DNA of 64,000 nt, taken from assembly GCA_030141605.1 (NCBI GenBank), contig JAQGDQ010000064.1, positions 681,087 through 745,086 of the forward strand, given 5' to 3'. Made by a program: the position numbers and the translations under genes. The notes beneath the pieces are model-generated. The model searched no databases. It was not told the DNA's origin and saw nothing but the letters and a program-made list of their open reading frames with translations. The DNA comes from Tubiluchus corallicola. Lineage: Eukaryota; Animalia; Priapulida. This document shows, one piece after another, positions 50,969 through 64,000 of this stretch (position 1 is the first letter of the stretch; each line of letters starts with the position of its first letter).

Positions 50969-51182
50969 AAATATATTGGTCTGTTAATGAAAGCAAAACG
51001 TTGTATGAAATTAGATTTTAAGTTCTTTAAAGATGAAGATAACTTTATTTGATGTGGAAGATTGTTCCAAGCACTCACGCTTGTAGGAAAAAATAATTAC
51101 GAAAATAATCATTGTTAGTATAAAATAAGACAAAATCATTACGATTTCTTCATGAATCGGTGACATATATATGTATATACAT

Positions 51183-51636
51183 TGTTCCGCCGTCGGGTTC
51201 TCACCGCCAGGGTCTTAGCAATCACTCCTGGGCGCTTTGAACGACTGATATCGGTGGGCGAGAGGCCTCGGTTGGAAATCGACATTCTGCCTGAAACAGA
51301 ACTAACAAAGCAAGCAACTAGGAGATATTCACCAGTTTAAAAAGAGCGGTATAAGGCCCGACCAAAAGAAAAACTTAGCTAACCTACTAATTTTGCGAAA
51401 ACTAGACTGTTACTGTTAAATAAAGTTCTCTACTCACGACCGAAACAGCTGGCTAAACATGAAAAACACAGAAAACCAATCTATCTTTGAAGGCCTACCA
51501 CTCCCTATTACATTTAAAATTTATAGGCGTGTTTTACTTTAACTGGACTCGAAATAACATACAGGCCGCATATCTGCGTCCTTGAGTGAGTGAAAAAGTG
51601 TGAACGCAAAACAGAGCGAAGCTCAGCCCCGCAACA
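51183..51636. mobile_element. Probable solo LTR within TA-rich sequence
   Basis: 454-bp GC-richer block with ends TGTTCCG...CGCAACA, internal AATAAA at ~51419, TA-repeat flanks; no exact TSD. Confidence 0.45.
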
Positions 51637-53132
51637 CTATATATACATATGCCCTATTTAAAGTGGCAGTCAAGGTGGAGCTTCAACCATGTAAAGAAAT
51701 AACTATTTTCAATAATAATGTTACAGCTACTAATAATAACATCTAAATACAAAAATTATGTAAGTTATGTATTTCAAAGAGTTTCAAATATTTTAGGAAT
51801 ATTTTGTATTTTACAGTGATATCAATTTAGCTTAGTGCTTTAAAAGATCTTGCATAAGTTTTAATAACGAGCTCTTTTCATTAGAATAATAAGCGATCGT
51901 GTCATCTCATTAATAACACATCAATAGTGAAACTAAACATTATGGTTAGGCAACAGTGAAAAACAAGATCACAACAATGTATGTGCGAAACATGTATTTA
52001 CAACAAAACTTCACATTTTAATTATTAAGATTCGAATGGAAATAACAGCTGCAAGCTTAGCAAATAAATCTGTCCTCAGATTAAAAATGTTCCCTGTTCA
52101 TATAGTATGCCGGATATTAAACGGCTTAATAGTAGATTTCCTGATATTGCACATTAACGTCACCGTCAAGGCTTTCCATTTTAAAGGGCTAGGTTGTAGA
52201 TGACAGTAGGCCAAGCTTTCACGTTAAAAAGAATAATTATTATTAATGATACATTTTTGCAGCTTAGTGATGTTTTTAGAAAAACAACTAGTAATTAGTA
52301 TGACTATGACGCGCAGAGTTACAGACATTTTTTCCGATGTCTTTCGTTTCCTTTGTGAATTTTCAAGTTTCTCCGCTTTGAACATAGTCAAATGCGTTTT
52401 ATGTTTTACGCTGACTAGTTTCTTTGCTTCACTGCATCTGGCATCACTTTTAAAGTCACGTGAAAATAAGACGTTAGGTCATCTTCGCACATGTAATAAA
52501 CCTACATCAAATTTTCACACCAACACGCCATAGCACAGTTTCAATAGTGAGTTTTTTCTGTAGATGACACACATATAACCTAGAAGGATCCTCTAAATAT
52601 AATACAAAGTTTATAGCCTGCAACTTTTGCGTATATTTTGACGTTTGCTCCTTTCGTCTCCTAGTATGTCTTTTTGGAGCAGGTCATTGGTATTCTCGTA
52701 TTCGAGTATTTACGCATTTCACCATCATTCATCTTGTTACTGAGTAGCCCTCAAGAACTGCTGAGACAATGAACTGCAGTACACCCTTTTGACGCAGACT
52801 CATTATATAATACGTTGTTTATTTTTCAGCTACACAAAAACACTTAACTTACTGATGAACGAAGAGCAATTTAACGAATTTTTTATATTTGCAGTTTGAA
52901 AAGAAGCAAATCTTAACTAGCGGAACACGCACATGTATGTAAACTTCAGTGCAGCACAACCAGACTTTGTCATTGAACGTAGACGTTAAACATCCAGACT
53001 GAGAACGCAGAGGCTAGTCTGCCATATAATATATTAATTTTGGCATAGTATCTTCCACGACGGATTTTGAAACCACCGATGACATCTGAGCGTCGCCGCA
53101 AACATTGAAAAAGCTTATTTCTTCTGCTTTTG

Positions 53133-54296
53133 TCACTTAACAATAGTAGTCTTTGTGAGTTTTCTTTGTAGTCGATGATAGCCATTTAGTTCCATGTTGT
53201 TGTCGTCGTTAGAGTTGGCTGATCTACTGCTTTTGAATGATATGACTACATTGCTAGGTCTTGACTTGCGAAAAACGTTCTGACAAAACTGATCCTTTAG
53301 CGCAAGTTTGTACTGTTTACTAAGTGAGCAGTAGACGACAAAATTCAGTGCTGCGTTGACGGTACTTAATGTGTTGACGATGGCGACGGCGCCTCGATAT
53401 CTTGCCAATGAGCCGGTATCTTGCAATGAAAGTCCTATGATTAGTGTATAAATAGCTTCTGGAAGTTCCATAATAAAAAACGACAGGATTATTCCAATGA
53501 GCAGAACTGTTATTTGAATTTCCTGTTTGCGTTGGTTCTTCATGTCTTTGGATTCGGATAAAGTTCTGCGGACGCGCCGTGCAACCCAGACGTGAGTGAT
53601 CAACAACGTGTTAAAGACGAAAATAAGTCCAAATGGAATGATAAAGAAGCCAAAGCTGCTGATCCAGGGGTAAACAAGGTAAAAACCGGCACGCCAGAAA
53701 GTGGTCGCCGCCGAGAATGCATACGCAGTGCCACCAGGACCGATGTCGTAACATACACCGTATTGAAGAAATCGTGGAAAGTCAAAAACGATCACACACA
53801 TAAACACCATAGCGGTAAAAAACTTTGCTTTACGTACCGTCATCCAGGCATTGGCGGCAATGGGTCGGACGACAGCTACATATCGGACTATGGCAATGGT
53901 CACTATAATCCACGTGGAACTATGTTTGAAAATGTTCATGACCGCATAGGCTAGAGTCCATGCCCACACCATAGATGGCGCACTGCTGCTTTCAGGAAGA
54001 CTAGCCTTAGCAAAAGTAGGTAACAGACAAACAAGTAAGCCAAGATCTGCAGCTGCAACGCCCGCCAAGTAGCAATGAATTCCACTGGCAATTCGCATTC
54101 TGGGTTTATGCAATATAACTAGATTGAGCGAGTTACCAAGAATTCCGACTAGTATGAGCACAGGCAAAACTACAGTGTTAATAATCCTGACGACTTTAAT
54201 ATTGAACTCATCGTCGATGACTTGCACAGTGATATTTGTAAAATTAATATTTTCGTTCATTTCGGTCATATGCTGTGTACAATTAACCCACGCCAT
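53133..54296 (-). CDS. Class A GPCR, FMRFamide/myosuppressin/sex-peptide-receptor-like peptide receptor, intronless CDS
   Basis: 387 aa with seven hydrophobic segments. N-terminal N-glycosylation sequons (NCT, NFT, NIT), GILGNSLNLVIL, YLAGVAAADL, STWIIVTIAIVRYVAV, IIPF...FN, QITVLL...FFIMELP, NAALNFVVYC. Confidence 0.9.
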   Translation of the reverse strand: MAWVNCTQHMTEMNENINFTNITVQVIDDEFNIKVVRIINTVVLPVLILVGILGNSLNLVILHKPRMRIASGIHCYLAGVAAADLGLLVCLLPTFAKASLPESSSAPSMVWAWTLAYAVMNIFKHSSTWIIVTIAIVRYVAVVRPIAANAWMTVRKAKFFTAMVFMCVIVFDFPRFLQYGVCYDIGPGGTAYAFSAATTFWRAGFYLVYPWISSFGFFIIPFGLIFVFNTLLITHVWVARRVRRTLSESKDMKNQRKQEIQITVLLIGIILSFFIMELPEAIYTLIIGLSLQDTGSLARYRGAVAIVNTLSTVNAALNFVVYCSLSKQYKLALKDQFCQNVFRKSRPSNVVISFKSSRSANSNDDNNMELNGYHRLQRKLTKTTIVK

Positions 54297-56579
54297 TTTG
54301 AACGGGTAACTGACTGATTCGTCTCACGTTATCTGTCACGTACTTCTTCCACTTGCTTTAAACGATCATGTGAAAGCGATCCAGTTTTAATCTGTCAAAC
54401 CACACGAAACATTATCTATATGCAGCAAAAAAACTGCACAAAAATAAAACTAATTTAGGTAAATTTAGTTTACATGATATTTAAATGATTCTCATGACGT
54501 TGTAGGTACTTTCTCTCATTGAACTTTCTTGGAAAAAGTAAAGGAGTTTCAATACTCTTATAATATGCGAGAAGGTTGCAGAAATGTTTCGTCAGTAGCT
54601 GCGGGTTCCATCTAATTGTCTTAATTTGTAGAATACAAGAAGCGAATCTTCAAAGCAACTGAAAAAAAAATAAAACGCGTCATAGCAATGTACTTTTAAT
54701 TTAACACGCGCGCCGTTCATAATTGACATCTTCACTTTTGTGAGGACTAGCAGCTTCGTAAAAGCTACTTATTAGTAAAATAATTCTGTTTCTGATTGTT
54801 ATTTTCAGATTTTGTTTTTATGCCTTAACATCAAATCACTCAATGGGCTAGACAATTATAAATACAAACTAATGAACATACGAATAAAAAAAACTAATAA
54901 TCTCTTAACCAGTTATAAGAGTGAAGCGTAATGATTATTTGCGTAAATTACACCAGTTTTAGCAAGTGTACAAAGTAGTTGCGTCTAAATCTCATAACGT
55001 CTCGATAGACCTGATTATACAAGGAATAAAATTTTATAAGCAATTTTAGATGAATTCACGCACAAATATGACATAGGTTTAACAGACAATAATGTGAATT
55101 ATAATCGTACCAGCAGTTAGGTGACTTGGAACTCTGGGTGGCATAATTCATTAGGTGTAAGTGATTAAAGCGGAAATGAGTTTTCCTAAGGTTCCAGAAG
55201 TCTATTAACATCATTCGTCATGGGTCTGTTGACGAGTTATGTTTACTAGACTAATTCGTATACAGATGTACTACTGTATTAATTTCGTCAATACAGAAAT
55301 ATTTTTTTTTAAATTTCCCACGTAATACGACTAAAAATAATATCATTTTGCTAGGTCTGTTGATGCTTATATTTTCCCACAACCCTAAATTCAGTGACAA
55401 TTAGTTTAATTGTGCCTCTATAATTTTATACATACAGCGATGTCATCGGTTTTCGTAGTTATTCCTTATCTTAATATTCACTTAATAATATGTAAATATG
55501 TTAATCTTGTAAATAGTCTCTGTGCGTCATACTTTATTCATTTCAGTAGTTTTAAAATAATTTTAGTCTATTTTTTCGTAATATTAATTATAGATGACCC
55601 AATTGCCAATATTCACGAGTCAGTTGAATATATGATTGACTGGTATGCTACCTTCTACACGCCGTATACCTTTCTTATATGCAATGTTCTTTCACTTTGA
55701 ATACGCAAGATTTTAATAGGCAAGTAAAGATTTTATCTATACAAGGGTACATTGTATCTGGGTGTCGTGTTTATTAGACTATATCAAGGCAAAGCTAATT
55801 AATGACTTATTTATGAAACACTCTTGCTGATTTTCAAATTGGAACGTCTGGACCACCTAAGTTTAGGTTGAATGTGCCGTTTTTGCTTGTTTTATTCATC
55901 ATCATTGTCATCATATTCAGCGTCATCCTTGCTTTTAATTTTTGTCGTTGCTGAGGAACAGGTTTCTAAGCTTTGGTCCTAATTTACAGATCTATTTAAA
56001 GACTTTAACTAAGCCTGGATAATTGCGTCATTACATTAATTCATTTAAAAATTCCAAATCGATATGTCACAGGTCGAGTTGTTTTTGTTTGAGAAATAAG
56101 CAAAAGATATTAATGGCAAAAGCAACATATTAAATTAAATATTCATGCAATTACTGTAAAGATAAAGGGTTATCAATTTCCTGCAGAAACTGCAAAACAG
56201 AGATAGTATTAATAAAAACACTAACGGGTATAGTTCATGTGTGTACCAAAGAAAGAGTTATTACCAGGTCCAACAATGAAATTACACCGCGGCACCAAAA
56301 CTGACTTCGTAGGTCTACTGTAGCGATTTTACACCTGCGTGTGTCATAAATATGCTTGTAACGTAAGCATTAAATAATCGCAGTCTTATGCTCAGACTTA
56401 ATTTCTTGTTCGTTAATACGTTCTTCTGCTGAAGAAAAGCCTGCACTGCTTATTGCTTTCTACTTTTAATATCAGCTTCGGTGTTTAGAAAAGTGCCCAT
56501 GTACTTGCACTTTTTCCAAGACTGATTACCATCTCTTGCAATAATATATTCTTCTGTTTAAACAGCGAAACTTGGGTTT

Positions 56580-57018
56580 TTTAACGATCACTCAGGAAAA
56601 GCAGATTGACGCGTTTTATAAAAATCTTCTAAAGAAAGTTTTAAAGATAAGAAGGCCATAAGAATGAAAAATGAAGATTTATACATCAGAACGGAAGAAA
56701 CTTCTTGGAGTTCAAAAGTACGGATCCGAAGATTAAGATGGCTAGGACATCTAAGATTAACAAACAAAGCACCAGTAAGAAAGTAAGAAACGCCTCAAAG
56801 GAAGCCTTAAAACCTTGCAAAAAGCCACCTGGCAAACCAAAAACAACTTGGATAGCTAAGATAAATAAAGATGTTCAACAACTTCAACCAAATCTATCAT
56901 TAGGAGTAGAAGAACTTACGCTGTTAGCTGCAGATAGAAGTTGGTGGACTACTCTAATAAATGTTGATGCCGCAATGCCTACAATAGGTGGAATGAGACT
57001 TTGTATAAGAAGAAGAAG
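56580..57018 (+). mobile_element. RTE-clade LINE 3' end, copy 1
   Basis: RLRWLGHL, KKPPGKPKTTW, LAADRSWW (RTE ORF C-terminus) followed by an (AGA)n tail. Confidence 0.8.
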
Positions 57019-57479
57019 TGTCATGGTCTTTTGTGTATGTAGCCAATGCAGCGAATTTATGCACTTCTCTGTTCAGAAGAAAACTGCGGAAAACTCCAAA
57101 TCCGTGGGCGCACTGCCGTGACCGTGTTTACATCTGACCACACCTGGTCGACACTGATTAACTTCTATCAATATTTGTAAATCAATACGGGACTAATCAG
57201 TGTTCACGGTGCCCGCGACTAATTATCACTTGGCTGTATCTGATCTAATGTGTGGTTTACTCATGCATGATTCAGCAGTTTGCCCTAATTTTCACATTTT
57301 AACTCTTATATCGTTTTAGACTCGTACCTTCGGGCCCTTAAACAATTCGAATTCGAGCATGGTAGTCTAGGTCACTTGACTATGTTTGGCCCAATGCGGC
57401 GTACTTATATGGGATTAGGGAACAAACCTCCCTACAACTTTCGTGACTTAGTTATACATGTAGTGACAGTTTTCGAGTT

Positions 57480-59070
57480 CTCAGTGTTATGCATTTTGGC
57501 TCCTAACTCGGGCCGTTAAAAAGTCCCAGGCTTTTTGAAATTCCACATGCACATCTACTTCACAATACCTAAATACTTATGAAAAAATTAATGTAAATCA
57601 AAAACTGGGAGGAGTTGAATGGCAATCGTAAAACTGACCAATGTCCTTCAGTCCTTGGCCTTTGTCAGGGGTCACCGCTCACCAAACCACTTTCAAAACT
57701 CCTACCTCAGGTGTCTATCCAGCGAGTTTCACGTGTTTAGTCTTCTGCGTTTGCGAGTTAACATGAATTGAAAAAAAATTGAATACCCTAACTTTCATAT
57801 TTTGCATCCTATTTTGGGCCTTTAAACAATTTCAGCTTTTTAAATCATACAGTCGTAAGTAGCCTTATCCCATGCGTCTTCCCTGCAAATTTCGTTAACT
57901 GTAGCTGTTAGCTTTAGAGTTGCTCAGTGTAACTCATTTCAGCTTCAATCCAATCAGCTCCTTTAAAGAATCCCAGGGCGGGGATTCATTAAAATGTTCC
58001 TTAAACATTCGTAAGAATTTTCGTATACAAATATTTAAGAACGTCGTACCATCTTTCGTAAGTTCGTACGGAGGTTTTACGCTGATAAACCTCAACCTCG
58101 GCCATGGTCTCCATGGCTACAGGACGTGCTTGTTAACTTTGGAAACACATTTGGTATACCTGCTGCGCAGATTCTAAAATTATAACATCAGCGCACACCT
58201 TTTTGATAGCCCATGGTATCCATGGCATGGTTTCGGACATGGTTATTTTGCGTTTTTTTTGCTGTATGATTTTTAAGTTGCTATTAATAACCAATGAGAC
58301 TAACAGGAGAAAAACAAGAGAATAATGTAGTTAAATAAATTGATAAACAAGTAGGTAGGTAGGTAGGTAGGTAGGTAGGTAGGTAGGTAGGTAGGTAGGT
58401 AGGCAGGTAGGTAGGTAGGTAGGTAGGTAGGTAGGTAGGTAGGTAGGTAGGTAGGTATAGGTAGGTAGGCAGGTAGGTAGGTAGGTAGGTAGGTAGGTAG
58501 GTAGGTAGGCAGGTTGGTTAATGGGTAGGTAGGTAGGTATGTAGGTAGGTAGGTAGATAGGTAGGTAGGTAGGTAAGTAGGTAGGTAAGTAGGTAGGGTC
58601 TAAAACAATCTGAGCTTTTTAAAATTTCCGATACACATCTGCCTTTAATACCTAAATACTTATGAAAAAAACTTGAATTTAACTAAACGCCCTAGGTAAG
58701 AGTTAAATGGCAGTCGAAAAACTTGATCCTTTGATAGAAGTCACCGTTCATCAAACCACTTTCAAAGCGCCCCTTCCTCAGGTGTCTTCTCTGCGAGTTT
58801 CATGTGTTTAGCTTCTGCGTTTGCGAGTTAATGTTGATTAAAAGTGGATACCCTGTTCTTATATTTAGGTTTCTAACTCGGACCCTTAAAAAACCTGAGC
58901 TTGTAAAAACTCCACATTCACATCTAATTGATAATACATAAATACTTATGAAAAACATTGAATTTACTAATCGCCCTAGAAGGAGTTGAGTAGCAGTCGA
59001 AAAAGTGACCCATGACCAATATCCTTGATCCTTTAACTGAGATCACCGGTCACCATACCACTTTCAAAAG
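57480..59070. repeat. Three diverged copies of a ~290-bp unit, interrupted by other sequence and a (GTAG)n array
   Basis: cacatct...aatacctaaatacttatgaaaa...gagttRaatggcaRtcg...tcaccg...accactttcaaa recurs at ~57550, ~58633 and ~58920. Confidence 0.75.
58351..58596. repeat. (GTAG)n microsatellite
   Basis: About 60 imperfect GTAG units. Confidence 0.97.
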
Positions 59071-59554
59071 CCTCTCTACAACAAGTATCTCGTTACTCAA
59101 ACTCTTTGTGGTTGGAGGTAGTATTAAATGTGAATTAAAAGGATGCATAGCGTAACGGAAAACGAAAAATCAACATCAAGCCTTCACCTAGATCCGCGAC
59201 GGGTAAAAATCAGCGTATGGTCTTAGATCTGCGTCAATAGCGTCCGCAGATAAAATAGGAACTGTTTAAGCAAGATATGAATTTACACGTAGAATGATAA
59301 ATTATCGTCTAATTAGTATGTGGACAGAAAAACATAAGAAAGTTGCTAAGAATATTTTTTTATCAAATAGAAGGCAACGGCAATACAAGCTTTTCTTCAA
59401 CGAAAGAATGTATTAACTAGCAAGAAATTAAGTCTTAACATAATACTCCGATTATTTAATGCATACGTTACCGGCACATTTATGTGCAACAGTGAAATAT
59501 CATGTTTAACGATTACTCCAGAAAAGCATATTGTCACGTTTGACAGAAGTCTTC

Positions 59555-59906
59555 TAGGGAAAGTTTAAAAGATAAGATGTGCGTACATAATCAAAAATGA
59601 AGATTTATACACTAGAACGAAAGATATTCTTTGAAGTTTAGAAGATTAAGATGGCTATGACACCTCAGAATTCCAAGTGAAAAAGCAGTAAATATACCTT
59701 TAAAGGAAGTCTTAAAACGTTGCAGAAAACAAACTGGCAAACCAAAAAACATGTAAATAAATAAAGATGTTCGACAACTTCAATTAAATCTAACTTTAGG
59801 AGTAGAAAAACTTGCGCTTTTAGCTGCAGACAGGAGTTGGTAGAATGCTCTAATAAATATTAATGCCTCAATGTCTACAACAGACGGAATGAGAAGAAGA
59901 AAAAGA
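59555..59906 (+). mobile_element. RTE-clade LINE 3' end, copy 2
   Basis: Diverged copy of 56635-57018 (aaaatgaagatttataca, agattaagatggcta, ctggcaaaccaaaaac, ttagctgcaga, ggaatgaga, AGA tail). Confidence 0.8.
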
Positions 59907-60739
59907 ATGATCAGACTGCAGTGAATTTTGATACATACTTGTTCGCATACGTAGCTGCAACTTAGCACCAAACCGAAGTTGACATTAAATTTTAAGTGTC
60001 GCGTATGAAATGAAAAACTACCCAAATGAACAATGTCATTCACACGTGGAGATGCTAGATGTTAAAAGAGTAATTAGCAAGATGCGTCATAGCACTGTGT
60101 GTATATAACAGTTCTCATTACTGCGTAGTTAATCAGCGGCGCATTAAAACAAGAATCGATCCTGTCGCCTACACTTATACCGGATATGGAATAATGACAG
60201 GCTACTGGACTGCATTAAGTCGTATCAACATTCATGACGTTAAGCAATGACCTCAAATTAAGACAATTCTTAAGGCGACTGTCAAAAACACAGAAAAACT
60301 GTAAGATAGCGTGAGGACAGAAAAGTAAAGTTGCTATAACTAAAATGGGTACACAGATTCACATCTTGATGCGAAGTTACTATAGGTGACATTTTTTTCT
60401 AATTTGTGACCTGAAATTTTGACATTTGCACTAAAAATTAGTGCGATTCCAGGCTTTTCAGGACATATAACTGTGACAGTTTGGTGTTTATGGGTTCATC
60501 CGTGTTCACTTTCTGGGCTTGTTTTGATCTCGTGACCTTTGACCCTTTGAACCCAAAATCAATGAGTATCCAGCTTATAAATTTCACGATTTATGAAATA
60601 TGACAGTAGGCCCAAATTAAAGACTGCTTTACTGCACATATAAGACTTTTACAGAATAAAAAACTAAATTGTTAATTTTGAGTAAGAAAACTTGTTCAAA
60701 TTGTATTCGCATACCTGCGTTGGTTTATATGTAATGATC

Positions 60740-60747
60740 GAGAGAGG

Positions 60748-60819
<72 letters not shown>

Positions 60820-60855
60820 AGAGAGAGGAGAGAGAGAGGGAGAGAGAAAGAGAGA
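60740..60855. repeat. (GA)n microsatellite
   Basis: Read directly. Confidence 0.95.
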
Positions 60856-61530
60856 CTATAGTTACAAGGATAGCCTTAATTTAGATTGGCATTTTCACCG
60901 CTTTGGTATGGTGGTTTCTATTTGTTTACTAGATTTACTAATTCTTGCTTCGGCACTAAACTCAGTTCAAATTCAATTTCGCTAGGGTGACAGAATTTAA
61001 CCTGTTCATTCAGGCCAATAATGGCCAATTGCTTATCATTATTTTTGGCATGTTCTATTGGAAACGCTGTACAATTTGAAGTATGTGTGTCAGCCTATTA
61101 TATTCTCACATAGGAGTCATATTGGGACTACTTTTCAAAGTTATGACGGTTATTTCACGTTTATACTAGGTAACTAAGGAGGTAACTAATTTCCCTGCTT
61201 TCGAAAATACTGTCAAGGAATTTGAGAAAAAATATTAGCGGAAAATGTCAAACTAGATACTATTTGCGTCTCATCCCAATTATGTTAATTGACGTAATGA
61301 GATGACAAACTATATTAACAAGAATGTTTGCTTGAAAATGTCAGTCTAGCACACAAAATGACAGAGTAGAAATTGAATTAAAGTGTTAGCATCTTGATGT
61401 GAAATCAGCATTAGTACATAAGACAGACAAAGACAACATTGATTTACCGTCGTTCGTTTAACAGACAACATTAACACTAACGCTATTTAGTGACTTGACT
61501 TACACTACTGTGGGCAATACATCGTTTGCA

Positions 61531-61592
61531 ACTGCCAGTCTCGAACTCAAATCAGCATGGTTGCAATTCGAAATGTAGACCACTCGGCCACC
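61531..61592 (-). mobile_element. tRNA-derived SINE head
   Basis: Minus strand ggTGGCCGAGTGGtct...gaGTTCGAGACtggc has Pol III A and B boxes but no complete cloverleaf. Confidence 0.55.
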
Positions 61593-62442
61593 CAACCCAG
61601 GACAAATTGTCTGAACATGCAATATGAGGTGCTCAGATCAGTTGTTTTATATAAGCAGTTTGGCCTTATAGTTCGTACTCTGGATTTTTTCTCATCCTAT
61701 AACAGAGTGGTTGGGGTTCGAAGCCTCGCTTGGTTAAATTAGGGATTATTAACCGAAAAAGCGTGTGTATGACGTGTCGCAAATACCAATAGTACTACTA
61801 CGGTCTGAGGTTTCTTTCTTGAGTCTGCTGTCTAGAATCGTGTATAGCAGGTAATATCTTGAGCGTGTGTTACTGCACGTGCAAGCCAGTAACGTTATGC
61901 TGCACGTAATTGAGCTTTTTTACCTTGACTGAAGTTCATGCTTCATACTTCATTAATGAAGTCTATACTTTATACTAGATCAGATTTAGTTATGCCCGTA
62001 GTTGTACGTCTATAATTTTATTCTGAGGCATCTCGTCTCTGCAAAAGATTAATAAAGTTGCAGCCTGAGATCAAAACGTCATTTGCAGATGTTGAGCAAG
62101 CATGTAAACTGCAATAAAACAAGCGGAGCGTATACAGTTTGAAATAGTTTTTACGGACGCCGTGCCCCGCGGATGTGGCTCACCGCATATGGCAAAATAT
62201 TTCCGAGAAATACGGATTATCTGGCAAAAACTGAAAAAGGAAAAAACAGAGCAATGCTGCAAATCATTCTGTCTATTTTATTCAATAGAAAATGTGATAC
62301 GTTGTTATTAATGACAGTACCGCTTAATTTGCATTCCTAGAAAGTTATTTTCAGGATAGATAATTCCTCACTTCAGCTCAGTGACTTAGTTAACCTTATG
62401 CAAAAGTTCTCTATAGTTTCAAGAAACCGAGCGAGGAAGAGT

Positions 62443-63000
62443 ATGGAACATCGCAAGAGTCAGCTTGGCTCTCACCATACTGCATGCGGGGGTGATTTGG
62501 ACGGTTTGACTGTGCATTTACCATCTTGCACAGTACAGGAAATATTCAGGACCTTAGGATACCGCAGGCCTTATATAGTACTACGGGGGGCGAAATGCCA
62601 TTTATTTTCGATCCTCATCTGCATTGTGACGGTTCGATCCATTACGACAGCTATAAGTAGCTGGTAGGAATGGCCTCGCCTGTTCAGCCGGCAGACGGAC
62701 AGTTGCGTTTATCACCTAAGCACCTGTTCCCTAGTCATGATCAACATGAGATACGCAGGAAAAGATTCTGGCTAGTTTTTATCTTAATTTTCTGGTTGAA
62801 TTTTTATATTTCTTGTTTATTTTCTTATCTACATAATTTATCTGCAACATGGTTTGACTGATCCAGATTTGAGTCTTGGACCTCTTGGCTGCCTCTGCAA
62901 CAATATTATGGAGCATCGCAAGGGCCAGCTCGGCTCTCACCATACTGCATGCGGAGGTGTTTTGGATGGCTTTAAATGGAGATTTACTATCTTGCATTAT
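62443..63000 (-). repeat. Two ~90-bp direct repeats, possibly RTE-like remnants
   Basis: catcgcaag...ggctctcaccatactgcatgcgg.ggtg.tttgga.gg occurs at ~62448-62530 and ~62914-62996. Confidence 0.55.
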
Positions 63001-64000
63001 TCTTAATACCCAACTGTTGTCGGTAACACCATGACACACTCTATATTTCTGTGTCCTATAAGTCATATAAATCAACTTGACTCTGGGCTACATTGGTCCA
63101 TGTGAGTTACTGAGTGTGGTTGTTGTTTTGGAGAGTTTTGAGTTTTTCATATTGTGCTCACTCTTGGTTAGAAAAAGCAATTATGTAAAAATTGTGTATT
63201 ATTCTTCTGACGCTTGTTATAATTATTTCTACTCTCTAAAGTTTTTTAATTAAAATAGAGTTTGACTTTGCGTTTTTTACGTTTTCCCTAACACTTGCGT
63301 GAACAATCGTACTTCTAAGAACTAAGTTACGCTATTACCTGTCGCCTACTTAACTATGTAGTTCTTCATCCCTACCTCACGGCGATATTTGGCAAAGGCA
63401 AATGTAACACATAGAAACAGAATCGGAACAACATCTTTCTCCGTGCAACTTAGTTTGAACAACCTTGCGTGGCTATAATAATTTAATAAATACCTAATTA
63501 CTTTGTATACCTCATAAAGGATTCTGCATGAACCCCTTGTGTCAACTTGGACTTATTTATGTGCATAATTATATCAATATGTAGAGAGCAATAACCTCGC
63601 TAATAATGATCTCTCTTGATATTAGATTCACTGACGTTGTTGTTTTGTTGGTACCAGCACCAAATAGTCAGAGTAAAAGCAAAAAAATGTATAGACCTAA
63701 TGATCATGACGTAGCCAGTTCAACAAAATCACCGCAAGACTATAGTCATTAAAGTACAGAGTGGCTGTAAAGTTTAAAACTAAAGGTCAGACGAAAAATG
63801 GAACTTTTTGTCATTTGGGACGGGAGTAATAATACGAACATGCTTGAAATCTTCTGAATGCTGATACGCTTTCACAGGGAAAGCAATTACGGGCTTCTTA
63901 GCTAGGCACGCTCCAAAATACGATTTATAGCCTCCATATACAATATCAAAATACTTTCAGATAATTAGAGAGCTGCATATTACGTTCTTCTCTATTCATT

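Overview
AT-rich animal (invertebrate-type) genomic DNA with GT-AG introns and many repeats. Six host genes can be read. (1) The 5' coding exon of a YEATS2 ortholog (minus strand, runs off the window start; missed by the ORF track). (2) A gamma-glutamyltransferase with 12 reconstructable exons; its first coding exon was not located. (3) A stand-alone MTHFD1-type methylene-THF dehydrogenase/cyclohydrolase with no synthetase domain. (4) An intronless eIF2B-epsilon. (5) A six-exon gene of about 463 aa that I read as death domain + Cys/Ser-rich linker with a RHIM-like motif + divergent SEFIR domain, i.e. an Act1/CIKS-like immune adaptor. A solo LTR carrying a perfect heat-shock element points antisense into its 3' end. 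(6) An intronless FMRFamide/myosuppressin-receptor-like GPCR. The rest is decayed LINEs (CR1/L2-group, an I/Jockey-group fragment inside a GA microsatellite, RTE 3' ends), hAT and Tc1-type MITEs, tRNA-derived repeats, palindromes and microsatellites. All homology calls come from motif recognition by eye; no searches were run.
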